64,000 bases of DNA from a virus (Duplodnaviria > Caudoviricetes), in the IMG/VR virus record IMGVR_UViG_3300025387_000015, positions 1 through 64,000 of that record, one strand, 5' to 3'. Numbering within the stretch: the stretch's first letter is position 1; each line of letters starts with the position of its first letter. The notes below the pieces were generated by a model, which was not told the origin of the DNA, ran no database searches, and worked only from the letters and a program-made list of their open reading frames with translations. Of the stretch, positions 19,204 to 28,408 are shown piece by piece. Both the position numbers and the translations under genes were made by a program.

Positions 19204-20769
19204 ATGGATAAAATTATATCTAGGGAATGGATCCCTAATGACTCTAAATTTTATGCAGTTTCAGATTCTTTCAATAGCAAAGTTCAAGAATTTTCAAAAG
19301 AACAACTTTGTGTTATTATAGATTATTATAAAAACAAATTAGTAGACGCTGGCGTTGAACCTGGGCAAAAAATAGGAATAGGATTTGCCTCTACAGATAT
19401 TTCTTATACCGCTATTATTTTTGCTGCAGCCGAACTTGGTCTTAAGTTAGTAGTTCTCAACACTCTTACTTCTTTAAGGTTGATCAAATCCGCTAAATGT
19501 AGTGCTCATATGCCACTAGATGTATTTGTGTATTACCAATATAGGAACACTCATTTAGATCAGCTATTGAGAAATATCAAATACTATATTAATAATTCAA
19601 AAAAAGTTATACAAATAGATACAAATTGGTCATCAGAATCAATAAATTCTATTCCTAGAATTCCATTATACGCAAAACCAGAAAATGATTTATTGTTGTG
19701 TAGCAGTTCTGGAACAACTGGTGCACCAAAATTAATACATCACAACCAAGAATACCTTTACGATTTGGCAAAATACAACTGGGAACCATTAGAATTAAAC
19801 GAAAATGATTCTGTATATCATTTTTCTAGTTTGAATCATGGAGCTTCTCTGAGTGTGTTTTTCTTACCTGCCGTAAATAAATGTAAGAAACATTACTTTG
19901 ATTTACCAACAGAACTAAGAAGTCAAATAGATCACGAAAAAAACTTTGTATTCCAAGCATGTAAATTGTGCAACATTACTGTTATATTATCTCCGAACAA
20001 TAATATAACCGATGGTATAATTGAAGCTATACAGGATTCAGAAGATGGTTTACCAAATACGACAATTATAGTTCTTACTTTTATTAATCCTAGATGGTTA
20101 AATGTAGTAAAATCTGGCAAACTAAAAAAGATTATAAGCGCATTTGGATGTTCAGAAGCAGGTGGTCCAATATTACTGCCATACATAGATAAAAACACAG
20201 ATATAAATTCTTTTGATCCTAAATTTCTAGGAAAACCATTAGAAGGGTTTTTCAAAACAAACGTAGTTGATGGTATGTTAACAGTAAATCTTCCTAATGG
20301 AAATACCGTAGAAACAGAAGACATCATCAAAGAAACAGAAAATGGTTATTATTTTGTAAGAAAAAACAAACTTAAAAAAATAAATGATATTGACATAAAT
20401 CCTTTAGACATAATTGGATTACTTGAAACATACTGTTCCAGAAGCAGATTTGAAATAGTAATCGAAGAAGTTTACAATAAACTTTACATAGTTACTGACA
20501 ACCAAACCATGATAGACTATGAAGATGATATAAAGAAAATAATTAAAAATTTCTACGACGGGGAAGTAAACCTAACAGCTGTTATTTTCATGCCTAATTT
20601 TTCCGATGCTATAGTTTCAATAAAACCTGATAGGGACATTCTTTTAGACTACATTAGAGAAAGAGATTACTTCATGGGAAGCGTAGATGGTTTACCAAAT
20701 ATTCCACGTAAAGCTGTTGAAACTTTTTTTAAAACAATAAATGAAGAAATTAAGAAAATAAATAAATAA
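19204..20769 (+). CDS. ANL-superfamily (AMP-binding/acyl-CoA synthetase-like) adenylation protein, divergent
   Basis: LLLCSSSGTTGAPKLIHH (A3 P-loop), FGCSEAGG (YGxTE-like) and a degenerate TED (TGD-like) motif; 521 aa. Confidence 0.7.
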   Translation: MDKIISREWIPNDSKFYAVSDSFNSKVQEFSKEQLCVIIDYYKNKLVDAGVEPGQKIGIGFASTDISYTAIIFAAAELGLKLVVLNTLTSLRLIKSAKCSAHMPLDVFVYYQYRNTHLDQLLRNIKYYINNSKKVIQIDTNWSSESINSIPRIPLYAKPENDLLLCSSSGTTGAPKLIHHNQEYLYDLAKYNWEPLELNENDSVYHFSSLNHGASLSVFFLPAVNKCKKHYFDLPTELRSQIDHEKNFVFQACKLCNITVILSPNNNITDGIIEAIQDSEDGLPNTTIIVLTFINPRWLNVVKSGKLKKIISAFGCSEAGGPILLPYIDKNTDINSFDPKFLGKPLEGFFKTNVVDGMLTVNLPNGNTVETEDIIKETENGYYFVRKNKLKKINDIDINPLDIIGLLETYCSRSRFEIVIEEVYNKLYIVTDNQTMIDYEDDIKKIIKNFYDGEVNLTAVIFMPNFSDAIVSIKPDRDILLDYIRERDYFMGSVDGLPNIPRKAVETFFKTINEEIKKINK

Positions 20770-20787
20770 CATAAACGGGGAATTTAA

Positions 20788-21528
20788 ATGGCAATACCAG
20801 TAAACAGAGCTACGTTTAAAGAATACTGCCTGAGAAGATTAGGCAAACCATTAAACGAAGTAAACATTGACGACGATCAATTAGAAGATCGTATCGACGA
20901 TGCATTACAGTATTTCTGGGATTACCATTTTTCCGGATCCGAGAAAACTTATTACAAATATCAAGTAACTCCACAAGACCAAACTAACAAATATATTACT
21001 CTTCCAGACAACATAATTGGAGTAGTAAATATGTTTCCTGTTGGTCAAGCTCTCAACACCAATAATCTATTCAATATCCGTTATCAGATTGCACTCAATG
21101 ACCTTTACACCCTTACTTCGGTGTCTATGGTTCCATATTATATGGCACTTCAACATGTTCAATTTCTTGAACAGATGTTAGTTGGTCAACAACCATTAAG
21201 ATATAATCGTTACATTAATCGCTGCTATATAGACATGGACTGGAGTATCGTTAACCCAGGAGACTACATCATACTAGAAGCGTATCAAGTAGTAGACCCA
21301 GCAGTATATACTAAAGTGTGGACAGATCGTTGGCTCCAGAGATACGCTACTTGTCTAATCAAACAGCAGTATGGTACCAATCTTAAAAAATATGGTTCAA
21401 TGCCACTTCCTGGTGGTATCACTTTTAATGGTCAGAAGATATATGACGAAGCGACTGAAGAGCGTAAAGAGCTTGAAGACGAAATGATCAACAGCTACAG
21501 CTTGCCAGTTACGGACATGATCGGTTAA
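20788..21528 (+). CDS. gp13: neck protein
   Basis: FKEYCLRRLGKP.NEVNIDDDQLEDRIDDALQYF and LPGGITFNG; first gene of the T4 gp13-gp23 block. Confidence 0.92.
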   Translation: MAIPVNRATFKEYCLRRLGKPLNEVNIDDDQLEDRIDDALQYFWDYHFSGSEKTYYKYQVTPQDQTNKYITLPDNIIGVVNMFPVGQALNTNNLFNIRYQIALNDLYTLTSVSMVPYYMALQHVQFLEQMLVGQQPLRYNRYINRCYIDMDWSIVNPGDYIILEAYQVVDPAVYTKVWTDRWLQRYATCLIKQQYGTNLKKYGSMPLPGGITFNGQKIYDEATEERKELEDEMINSYSLPVTDMIG

Positions 21529-21547
21529 AATCCGTAACAAGTTATAA

Positions 21548-21555
21548 TATAAATA
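21548..21555 (+). promoter_or_regulatory. T4-type late promoter TATAAATA
   Basis: Exact consensus upstream of gp14. Confidence 0.65.
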
Positions 21556-21577
21556 GATAAAATAGAGGATTTATAAC

Positions 21578-22300
21578 TTGGCAACGAGCGTATTCTTTAA
21601 CAACTTCGGAGCTTCTCAAGAGCAAGATCTGTTAAATAATCTTATCATAGAATCAATAAGGATCTATGGTAACGACGTATATTACATTCCACGTAAATTA
21701 AATAATTATGATGATGTATATGGTGCTGATGATCAGTCATCATACGAACAGGCTATTCTTTTAGAGATGTATATCGAATCCTATGATGGGTTCAAGGGTG
21801 ACGGCAATTTTATGTCAAAGTTTGGCATTGAGATCAGAGATCAAGTTACTTTCGCAGTCGCAATGAGAATATTTGATGATGAAGTTGGAAACATAACTAC
21901 TCAACTAAGACCAAACGAAGGTGATCTGATATTCTTTCCACTAAACAAGAAATGTTTTCAAATCAAATACACTGATAAATTTGAGATGTATTATCCATTA
22001 GGTGCGCTGTATCTATGGAAGATGACATGCGAATTGTTTGAATATTCTAATGAAAGAATTTCAACAGGAATACCGGAAATTGATAATCTCCAAATCAAAT
22101 TTGATATTAATGCAATTGATTGGTCTATCAAAGATCAAGCTGGAAATATGTTATTAAATGAAGACGGAGATTATCTAGTTCTAGAAGGTTCTTCAACTTC
22201 AGATAAAGTTGTCTCTGACGATTCAAAAACTATACAAACTGAATCAAATACATTTGTTGATTTCAGTATTACTGATCCATTCAGTATGGGTAATATATAA
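21578..22300 (+). CDS. gp14: neck protein (TTG start)
   Basis: EQDLLNNLIIESIRIYG.DVYYIPR and RPNEGDLIFFPL; synteny. Confidence 0.9.
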   Translation: MATSVFFNNFGASQEQDLLNNLIIESIRIYGNDVYYIPRKLNNYDDVYGADDQSSYEQAILLEMYIESYDGFKGDGNFMSKFGIEIRDQVTFAVAMRIFDDEVGNITTQLRPNEGDLIFFPLNKKCFQIKYTDKFEMYYPLGALYLWKMTCELFEYSNERISTGIPEIDNLQIKFDINAIDWSIKDQAGNMLLNEDGDYLVLEGSSTSDKVVSDDSKTIQTESNTFVDFSITDPFSMGNI

Positions 22301-23268
22301 TGTTTGGTCAAACTTTTTACTTCTCAACTATTCGTAAATATGTTATTCTTGTTGGAACATTATTCAACGACATTCGCGTAATAAAGACAGACCCAAAATC
22401 AAACAATGAGGTATCACTAGTCAGGGTTCCAATCACTTACGGACCAAAAGATAAAATGTTAGCTCGTGTGTTTCAAGATCCTAACATTGATAGACCTACT
22501 GCTACTTTTCCATTACCAATGATATCGTTCCAGATGTTAAAATTATCATACGATGGAACAAGAAAATTACACACGATTGGCAAAGTCACAAACAAAAGCG
22601 AATTAACAACTGAACAGAGTATTTTCAGATACCAATACAACCCAGTTCCATATAATATAGACTTTAAAGTTCATATATATACTAAGAATGTCGAAGATGG
22701 AACTAAAATAATCGAACAAGTTCTTCCATTTTTTACTCCAGATTGGACAACAAGGGTCAAATTGATTCCTGAAATGAATATCACTATGGATATTCCTGTT
22801 GTTTTAAATGATATTTCATATGAAGATAATTATGAAGGAGACCTTAAAGACAGAAGAGAAATAATATGGACTTTGGATATGACTGTTAAAGGTTATATCT
22901 ATGGCCCAGTTAAGAAATCTGGAATTATTAAATTCGTTAATGTTGATTTTTATATTCCAGAGGTCAGCGATGGTCAGTTACCATCAGCCGTAGGTAACAG
23001 TTCAATTCAATATAAGTTTACAGTACAACCTGGTTTATCTAATACTGGGCAACCTATAAATTACAGTGGTAAAGCAAACACTAATACTGGTACAGTTCCA
23101 TATCAGGAAATACAAGCATCTGATGATTATGGATTTATTACTCAGATATATGATATAGCAGCTGAAAATAATTCTGTAGCATCTACTGTGACATTGACTG
23201 ACGATATTATTACTGTAAAAGTAGATAGTCTTATAACTATTGACACTACATATATTGAAGTAGCATAA
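22300..23268 (+). CDS. gp15: tail sheath stabiliser/terminator protein
   Basis: FYFSTIRKY...GTLFNDI, VPITYGPKDK, LP.ISF and EQVLPFFTP; synteny. Confidence 0.92.
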   Translation: MFGQTFYFSTIRKYVILVGTLFNDIRVIKTDPKSNNEVSLVRVPITYGPKDKMLARVFQDPNIDRPTATFPLPMISFQMLKLSYDGTRKLHTIGKVTNKSELTTEQSIFRYQYNPVPYNIDFKVHIYTKNVEDGTKIIEQVLPFFTPDWTTRVKLIPEMNITMDIPVVLNDISYEDNYEGDLKDRREIIWTLDMTVKGYIYGPVKKSGIIKFVNVDFYIPEVSDGQLPSAVGNSSIQYKFTVQPGLSNTGQPINYSGKANTNTGTVPYQEIQASDDYGFITQIYDIAAENNSVASTVTLTDDIITVKVDSLITIDTTYIEVA

Positions 23269-23272
23269 TTGA

Positions 23273-23701
23273 TTGGATAAAATAATGCAAGATGATGACG
23301 ATCCCATCGGAAAGACGTTGGGTTTGGAACCGTTGGAAAATAAAATTGATGTAATTGACAAAATGTTGATCGAAAGTCATGATGATTCTGCGTCAAAAGA
23401 TTTCGAAACAGCAAGGGCAAACTTACACGAAATGATTAACGACGGTAAAGAAGCCATGTTCAAACTAGCAGAGATAGCCTCTTCTAGTCAGCATCCACGA
23501 GCATTTGAAGTTTATGCTAAACTGATGGATACTATGATACAAGCAAACGAAAAATTACTGGATATGCAAGAAAAAATAAGAGAAATAAGGCATGTTGATT
23601 CTCCAATAAACGAGAAAGCCAAATCAGTAACAAATAATTTATTTGTTGGTTCAACTGCAGAACTCCAAAAAGTATTGAAAGACATGAAGAACAATGAGTG
23701 A
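23273..23701 (+). CDS. gp16: terminase small subunit (alternative start ATG 23285)
   Basis: DFETARANL, HPRAFEVYAKL and NNLFVGSTAELQK. Confidence 0.9.
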   Translation: MDKIMQDDDDPIGKTLGLEPLENKIDVIDKMLIESHDDSASKDFETARANLHEMINDGKEAMFKLAEIASSSQHPRAFEVYAKLMDTMIQANEKLLDMQEKIREIRHVDSPINEKAKSVTNNLFVGSTAELQKVLKDMKNNE

Positions 23702-25340
23702 CGACAAATTATTAGGTGGCTATAAAGGTAATGTCCTTCTAAAGAAATCAAATCAGTCTATAGAGTGGACTCAGGATTTAATCCAGGAATACATAAAGTG
23801 TCAGGAAGATCCAGTTTACTTTACTGAAAATTACATGAAAATCATTAACGTGGACGAAGGTCTGGTTTCTTTTAAATTGTATGATTACCAAAAAGAAATG
23901 GTAACTTCCTTTAAAGATAACCGTTATAGTATTATTACTACTGCTCGTCAGGCAGGTAAATCAACAACTACTTGTGCTTTCATTTTATGGTATATAATTT
24001 TCAATCCTGAGAAAACTGTTGCATTGCTGGCCAACAAAGGCGATACGGCTCGAGAAATTCTTGGACGTGTTCAATTAGCATATCAGCATCTACCAAAATG
24101 GTTGCAACAGGGTGTTTTGGAATGGAACAAAGGTTCATTCGTTTTAGAAAATAATTCAAGAGTTATCGCTGCTGCTACTTCTGCTTCTGCCATTCGTGGT
24201 TATTCTATCAACTTGCTGTTTATCGACGAAGCGGCGTTCATTGAAAACTGGGACGAATTCTTTACGTCAGTATATCCAACAATTTCGTCTGGTTCTGAAT
24301 CAAAAATTATACTTGTATCCACACCAAATGGTCTTAATCATTTTTATGCAACTTGGGTAAACGCTCAAGAAGGAAAAAATGGCTATAATCCAATATTAGT
24401 TAATTGGCAAAAAGTTCCTGGCAGAGACGAAGAATGGAAAAATAATACTATAGCAGGTATGAACTTCGATCTGGAAAAATTCGATCAGGAGTACAACTGT
24501 GAATTCCTAGGCTCTTCTGGCACTCTTATAGCTGGCTGGAAACTTAAAGAACTGGTGCATCAAGCGCCAATGGTAGAAAAGGAAGGTTTAATACAATATT
24601 TTCAACCCGAGAAAAATGATGTATATATGATGGTTTGTGACGTTTCTCGAGGTAAAGGTTTGGACTACTCGGCATTTCAATTGATAAATGTTTCAAGAAT
24701 GCCTTATCAGCAAACTTGCGTATACAGAAATAACGCTGTTACACCAATTGATTACGCTGAAGTAATCCATAGAGTAGCGAAAGCATATAATAATGCTTCT
24801 GTTCTGGTTGAAGTCAATGACATCGGTGAACAGGTTTCGCACTCTTTACACTATGATTTTGGTTATGAACACGTACTGTTTACAGAAAACGCTGGTAGAT
24901 CTGGTAAAAGAATTACTAGTGGGTTTGGTGGTGCTGCTGTCGATAAAGGCATCAGAACTACTAAAATTGTTAAATCTGTTGGTTGTTCCATTTTAAAACT
25001 TTTAGTGGAACAGAACCAATTTGTCGTTAACGATTTTCATACGATCAACGAATTATCAACGTTCTCCAAGAAAGGAACTTCCTATGAAGCAGAACCTGGT
25101 AAGCACGATGATCTGGTTATGTGTCTAGTGCTTTTCGCTTGGCTTTCCGAACAACAATATTTCAAGGATTATACTAATATTAATACCTTGAATTCACTAA
25201 GAGATAAAACTGAAGAGGACATGGAACAAGACATGGCCCCCTTTGGCTTTCTAGAAGATGGTAGAGATGGCTTTATTAATGATGAATTTGTTCAAATGCA
25301 CCCAGACGCCTGGATGTGGCAAGAACAACCTGACTTCTAA
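23694..25340 (+). CDS. gp17: terminase large subunit
   Basis: ARQAGKST (Walker A), LLFIDEAAF (Walker B), STPNGLNHFY, DVSRG..DYSAF and HDDLVM. Confidence 0.97.
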   Translation: MSDDKLLGGYKGNVLLKKSNQSIEWTQDLIQEYIKCQEDPVYFTENYMKIINVDEGLVSFKLYDYQKEMVTSFKDNRYSIITTARQAGKSTTTCAFILWYIIFNPEKTVALLANKGDTAREILGRVQLAYQHLPKWLQQGVLEWNKGSFVLENNSRVIAAATSASAIRGYSINLLFIDEAAFIENWDEFFTSVYPTISSGSESKIILVSTPNGLNHFYATWVNAQEGKNGYNPILVNWQKVPGRDEEWKNNTIAGMNFDLEKFDQEYNCEFLGSSGTLIAGWKLKELVHQAPMVEKEGLIQYFQPEKNDVYMMVCDVSRGKGLDYSAFQLINVSRMPYQQTCVYRNNAVTPIDYAEVIHRVAKAYNNASVLVEVNDIGEQVSHSLHYDFGYEHVLFTENAGRSGKRITSGFGGAAVDKGIRTTKIVKSVGCSILKLLVEQNQFVVNDFHTINELSTFSKKGTSYEAEPGKHDDLVMCLVLFAWLSEQQYFKDYTNINTLNSLRDKTEEDMEQDMAPFGFLEDGRDGFINDEFVQMHPDAWMWQEQPDF

Positions 25341-25404
25341 AAGATGATATTTAATAAATAATTTTAAATTTGGAATTAATTTCTTGTCTTAAAAGGAGAA
25401 AATA

Positions 25405-27711
25405 ATGGCTACTTTACTTAGTCCAGGCGTAAATGTTACCGAAATTGACCTCACCACAATAGTTCCATCAGTAGCTACTTCAACAGGCGCTATTGCAGGT
25501 CTATTCCGTTGGGGACCAGTTGGCCAGAGAGTTCTAATTGACTCAGAAACCAACCTTGTTAGTATGTTCGGTAAGCCAACAAATTACAATGCGGAAACAT
25601 TCTTTTCTGCCGCTAACTTCCTTGCATACACCAACGCTCTATATGTAGTTCGTGCAGCTAATACTTCTGGTGCTGTTGCTTCTCAGAATTTCGTAGCAAA
25701 CACAGTTGGTAACACTGTTTCAAATAACATTTTTCTTGTTGTTTCTGGTAACACTAATGGTATTTCTGCCGGTATGTATGTTACACAGTCAGCTAATCCA
25801 AACGTTGTTATTGCTTCAAGCACTACAACAGTTACTAATATTGTGAACTCAACTGCTATTCAGTTATCATCATCTGCAAATGTTAGTACTTCAGCTAACC
25901 TTTATTTTGGTTGGCCGCAGACTAGCTATTCAGCTCTTGGTCTAGAATCAGGAACTTATGTTTCAAACCTAGTAAACCAAATTATCACTAATGATATTGA
26001 TTATCAAAATACAATTGCTACTGGTAATTTCCAGAATGGTATTCAATACATTGCGAAATATCCTGGTTTAATCGGTAACTCTTTAAGAGTTTCAGTTGTT
26101 GATAATGCTAATTCTTATTCTTCAAATATCGCTCTTACGCCAAACAGCTCTATTACTGGCAACGTAACAATTTCTGTTGGTTCTAACTCTGCTCAGTTAG
26201 TGTTCCTCGGTGATACTTCAGGAACTTACGCAATTAATGTTGCAAGTCAAATTAGTGTTGGAGATCAGATCCAATTTGGTAACACTTCAATAAACCTTCA
26301 ATATATGCAGGTAACTGGTGTTTCTGGCGTATCATCAAATGGTCTTGGTTCATCAATTACCCTTAACTTCCAAATACCATATAGATTATCTTCAAACTAC
26401 TCTTCAAACGTAGTTAACAGAAATTGGGAATTCTTCAATGCCGTCGGAACTGCTCCTGGCCAATCACGCTGGCAACAGTACAATGGTAATACTGCTGCTA
26501 AAGATGAGCTACATGTAGTAGTTGTTGACAATGGTGGTCTATTTACCGGTACTCCTGGAACTATTCTTGAAACATTTAAAGGTCTCTCAAGAGCTACTGA
26601 TGCTCAGACTTCCGATGGTAGCACTAACTACTATGTTAACGTTCTTAATCAGAATTCATCTTATATTTGGTGGGCAAATGACAGAGGTCTAGCTCCATCA
26701 AATACTGGCATGAATCTAGTTTCTTCTTCTTCAAGCGGTCCTGGTAATTATCAGTTCGCTCTTGGTTCAGATGGCCTTAACGAGTCAAATATTGATCTTT
26801 CAACTGTTGCTTCTGGATATGACTTATTTGTATCAAAAGAAGATGTTGATATTTCTATCGTAATGCAGGGTCGTCCAATTGGAGGAACAACTGTAGTAAA
26901 CGGTCAGACTATCCAAAATCATTTATTAGCAAACTATATCATTGATAACTTGGCAGAAATCAGAAAAGACTGCGTTGTTGCTATTTCTCCTGATAAAAAT
27001 ATCACACTAAACAACTATGGCTTGCAATCAACTGGCCTAGTTAACTGGAGAAATGCTCTTCATGACAGTTCATATGCTGTTGTCGATTCTGGTTACAAAT
27101 ATCAATACGATCGCTATAACGATATCTATCGTTGGATCCCATTGAATGGAGACATTGCTGGCCTTATGGCAAGAACAGATCAAACTAATGATGCTTGGTG
27201 GTCACCTGCTGGCTTCAATCGTGGTCAAATCAAGAACCTTGTTAAACTAGCATATAACCCAAAACATACTGATAGGGATCTTCTTTATGTTAATGGCGTT
27301 AATCCAGTAGTTACTTTCCCTGGTCAGGGTACAGTTCTATTCGGTGATAAAACTCTTCAGTCAAAACCATCTGCATTCGATAGAATCAATGTTCGCAGAC
27401 TGTTTATTGTCCTAGAAAAGGCAATCTCTCAGGCTGCTAAGTACTCTCTATTCGAGTTCAACGATGCGTTTACTAGAGCTCAGTTTAAAAATCTTATTAT
27501 TCCATATCTTAGAACTATTCAGGGCAGACGTGGTATTACTGACTTCCTAGTAGTATGCGACGAAACCAATAATACTCCTCAGATAATTGATTCAAATCAG
27601 TTCGTAGGCGATATCTACATTAAGCCAGCTAGAAGCATCAACTTCATCCAGCTTAACTTTATCGCTGTAGGAACTGGCGTTCAATTCTCTCAGGTCGTTG
27701 GCCAGTTTTAA
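25405..27711 (+). CDS. gp18: contractile tail sheath protein
   Basis: LSPGVNVTEIDLT, FRWGP, WWSPAGFNRG and FDRINVRRLF. Confidence 0.97.
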   Translation: MATLLSPGVNVTEIDLTTIVPSVATSTGAIAGLFRWGPVGQRVLIDSETNLVSMFGKPTNYNAETFFSAANFLAYTNALYVVRAANTSGAVASQNFVANTVGNTVSNNIFLVVSGNTNGISAGMYVTQSANPNVVIASSTTTVTNIVNSTAIQLSSSANVSTSANLYFGWPQTSYSALGLESGTYVSNLVNQIITNDIDYQNTIATGNFQNGIQYIAKYPGLIGNSLRVSVVDNANSYSSNIALTPNSSITGNVTISVGSNSAQLVFLGDTSGTYAINVASQISVGDQIQFGNTSINLQYMQVTGVSGVSSNGLGSSITLNFQIPYRLSSNYSSNVVNRNWEFFNAVGTAPGQSRWQQYNGNTAAKDELHVVVVDNGGLFTGTPGTILETFKGLSRATDAQTSDGSTNYYVNVLNQNSSYIWWANDRGLAPSNTGMNLVSSSSSGPGNYQFALGSDGLNESNIDLSTVASGYDLFVSKEDVDISIVMQGRPIGGTTVVNGQTIQNHLLANYIIDNLAEIRKDCVVAISPDKNITLNNYGLQSTGLVNWRNALHDSSYAVVDSGYKYQYDRYNDIYRWIPLNGDIAGLMARTDQTNDAWWSPAGFNRGQIKNLVKLAYNPKHTDRDLLYVNGVNPVVTFPGQGTVLFGDKTLQSKPSAFDRINVRRLFIVLEKAISQAAKYSLFEFNDAFTRAQFKNLIIPYLRTIQGRRGITDFLVVCDETNNTPQIIDSNQFVGDIYIKPARSINFIQLNFIAVGTGVQFSQVVGQF

Positions 27712-27742
27712 TAAATAGATAAAACTCTAAGGGAGTACAAAA

Positions 27743-28345
27743 ATGCCATTTAATGTTAACACTTTTAAATCTCAAGGTCTGGTATATGGTGGTACCAGAC
27801 CATCCCTATTCAGTATTTCATTAATACCTCCAGGGGGAATTGGTATCGATAACGTATCAGTTCAGAAATTCAGTTTTGTTGCTCGAGCAGCTGAACTGCC
27901 AGCTTCTGAAGTCGCTTCTTTTGATGTTCCATATTTTGGAAGAAAAATTAAACTTTCTGGCGATAGAACTTTTTCTGACTGGCGCGTAACTATTATGAAC
28001 GATGAAGATTTTTCTGTACGCTCGTTGTTTGAAGCATGGTCAAACGCTATCAACCGTATGGTTGCTAACGTTCGTGATCCTGCTGCAGCAGGAGAAGCCT
28101 ATAAAACTCAATTAGAAGTTATGCAGTATGCTAAAGATGGTCAATTAATACGATCATATTTTCTAGTTGGAGCTTTTCCAACAGTTATTGATGCTATTCC
28201 ACTTGATTGGAATTCTACTAATGCTATTGAAGAATTTGCTGTTACTTTCTCTTATGATTATTGGATACCAAATGTTGAATCATCTTCATTCAAAGCTGGT
28301 GGCGTTAATCTTTATGCAGGAAGAGCATCATCGGGCAGTCCATAA
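27743..28345 (+). CDS. gp19: tail tube protein
   Basis: GGTRPSLF, LP...V...DVPYFGRKIKLSGDRTFSDW.VT..NDEDF and IEEFAVTFSYDYW. Confidence 0.95.
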   Translation: MPFNVNTFKSQGLVYGGTRPSLFSISLIPPGGIGIDNVSVQKFSFVARAAELPASEVASFDVPYFGRKIKLSGDRTFSDWRVTIMNDEDFSVRSLFEAWSNAINRMVANVRDPAAAGEAYKTQLEVMQYAKDGQLIRSYFLVGAFPTVIDAIPLDWNSTNAIEEFAVTFSYDYWIPNVESSSFKAGGVNLYAGRASSGSP

Positions 28346-28371
28346 ATAAATATATTTTTATACTTTGACAA

Positions 28372-28398
28372 GAGGGGAGTAATTCTCCCCTCGTATTT
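28372..28398 (+). terminator. hairpin after gp19, probable intrinsic terminator
   Basis: GAGGGGAG-TAATT-CTCCCCTC 8-bp stem followed by a weak T-tract. Confidence 0.5.
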
Positions 28399-28408
28399 GG
28401 AGAATTAA

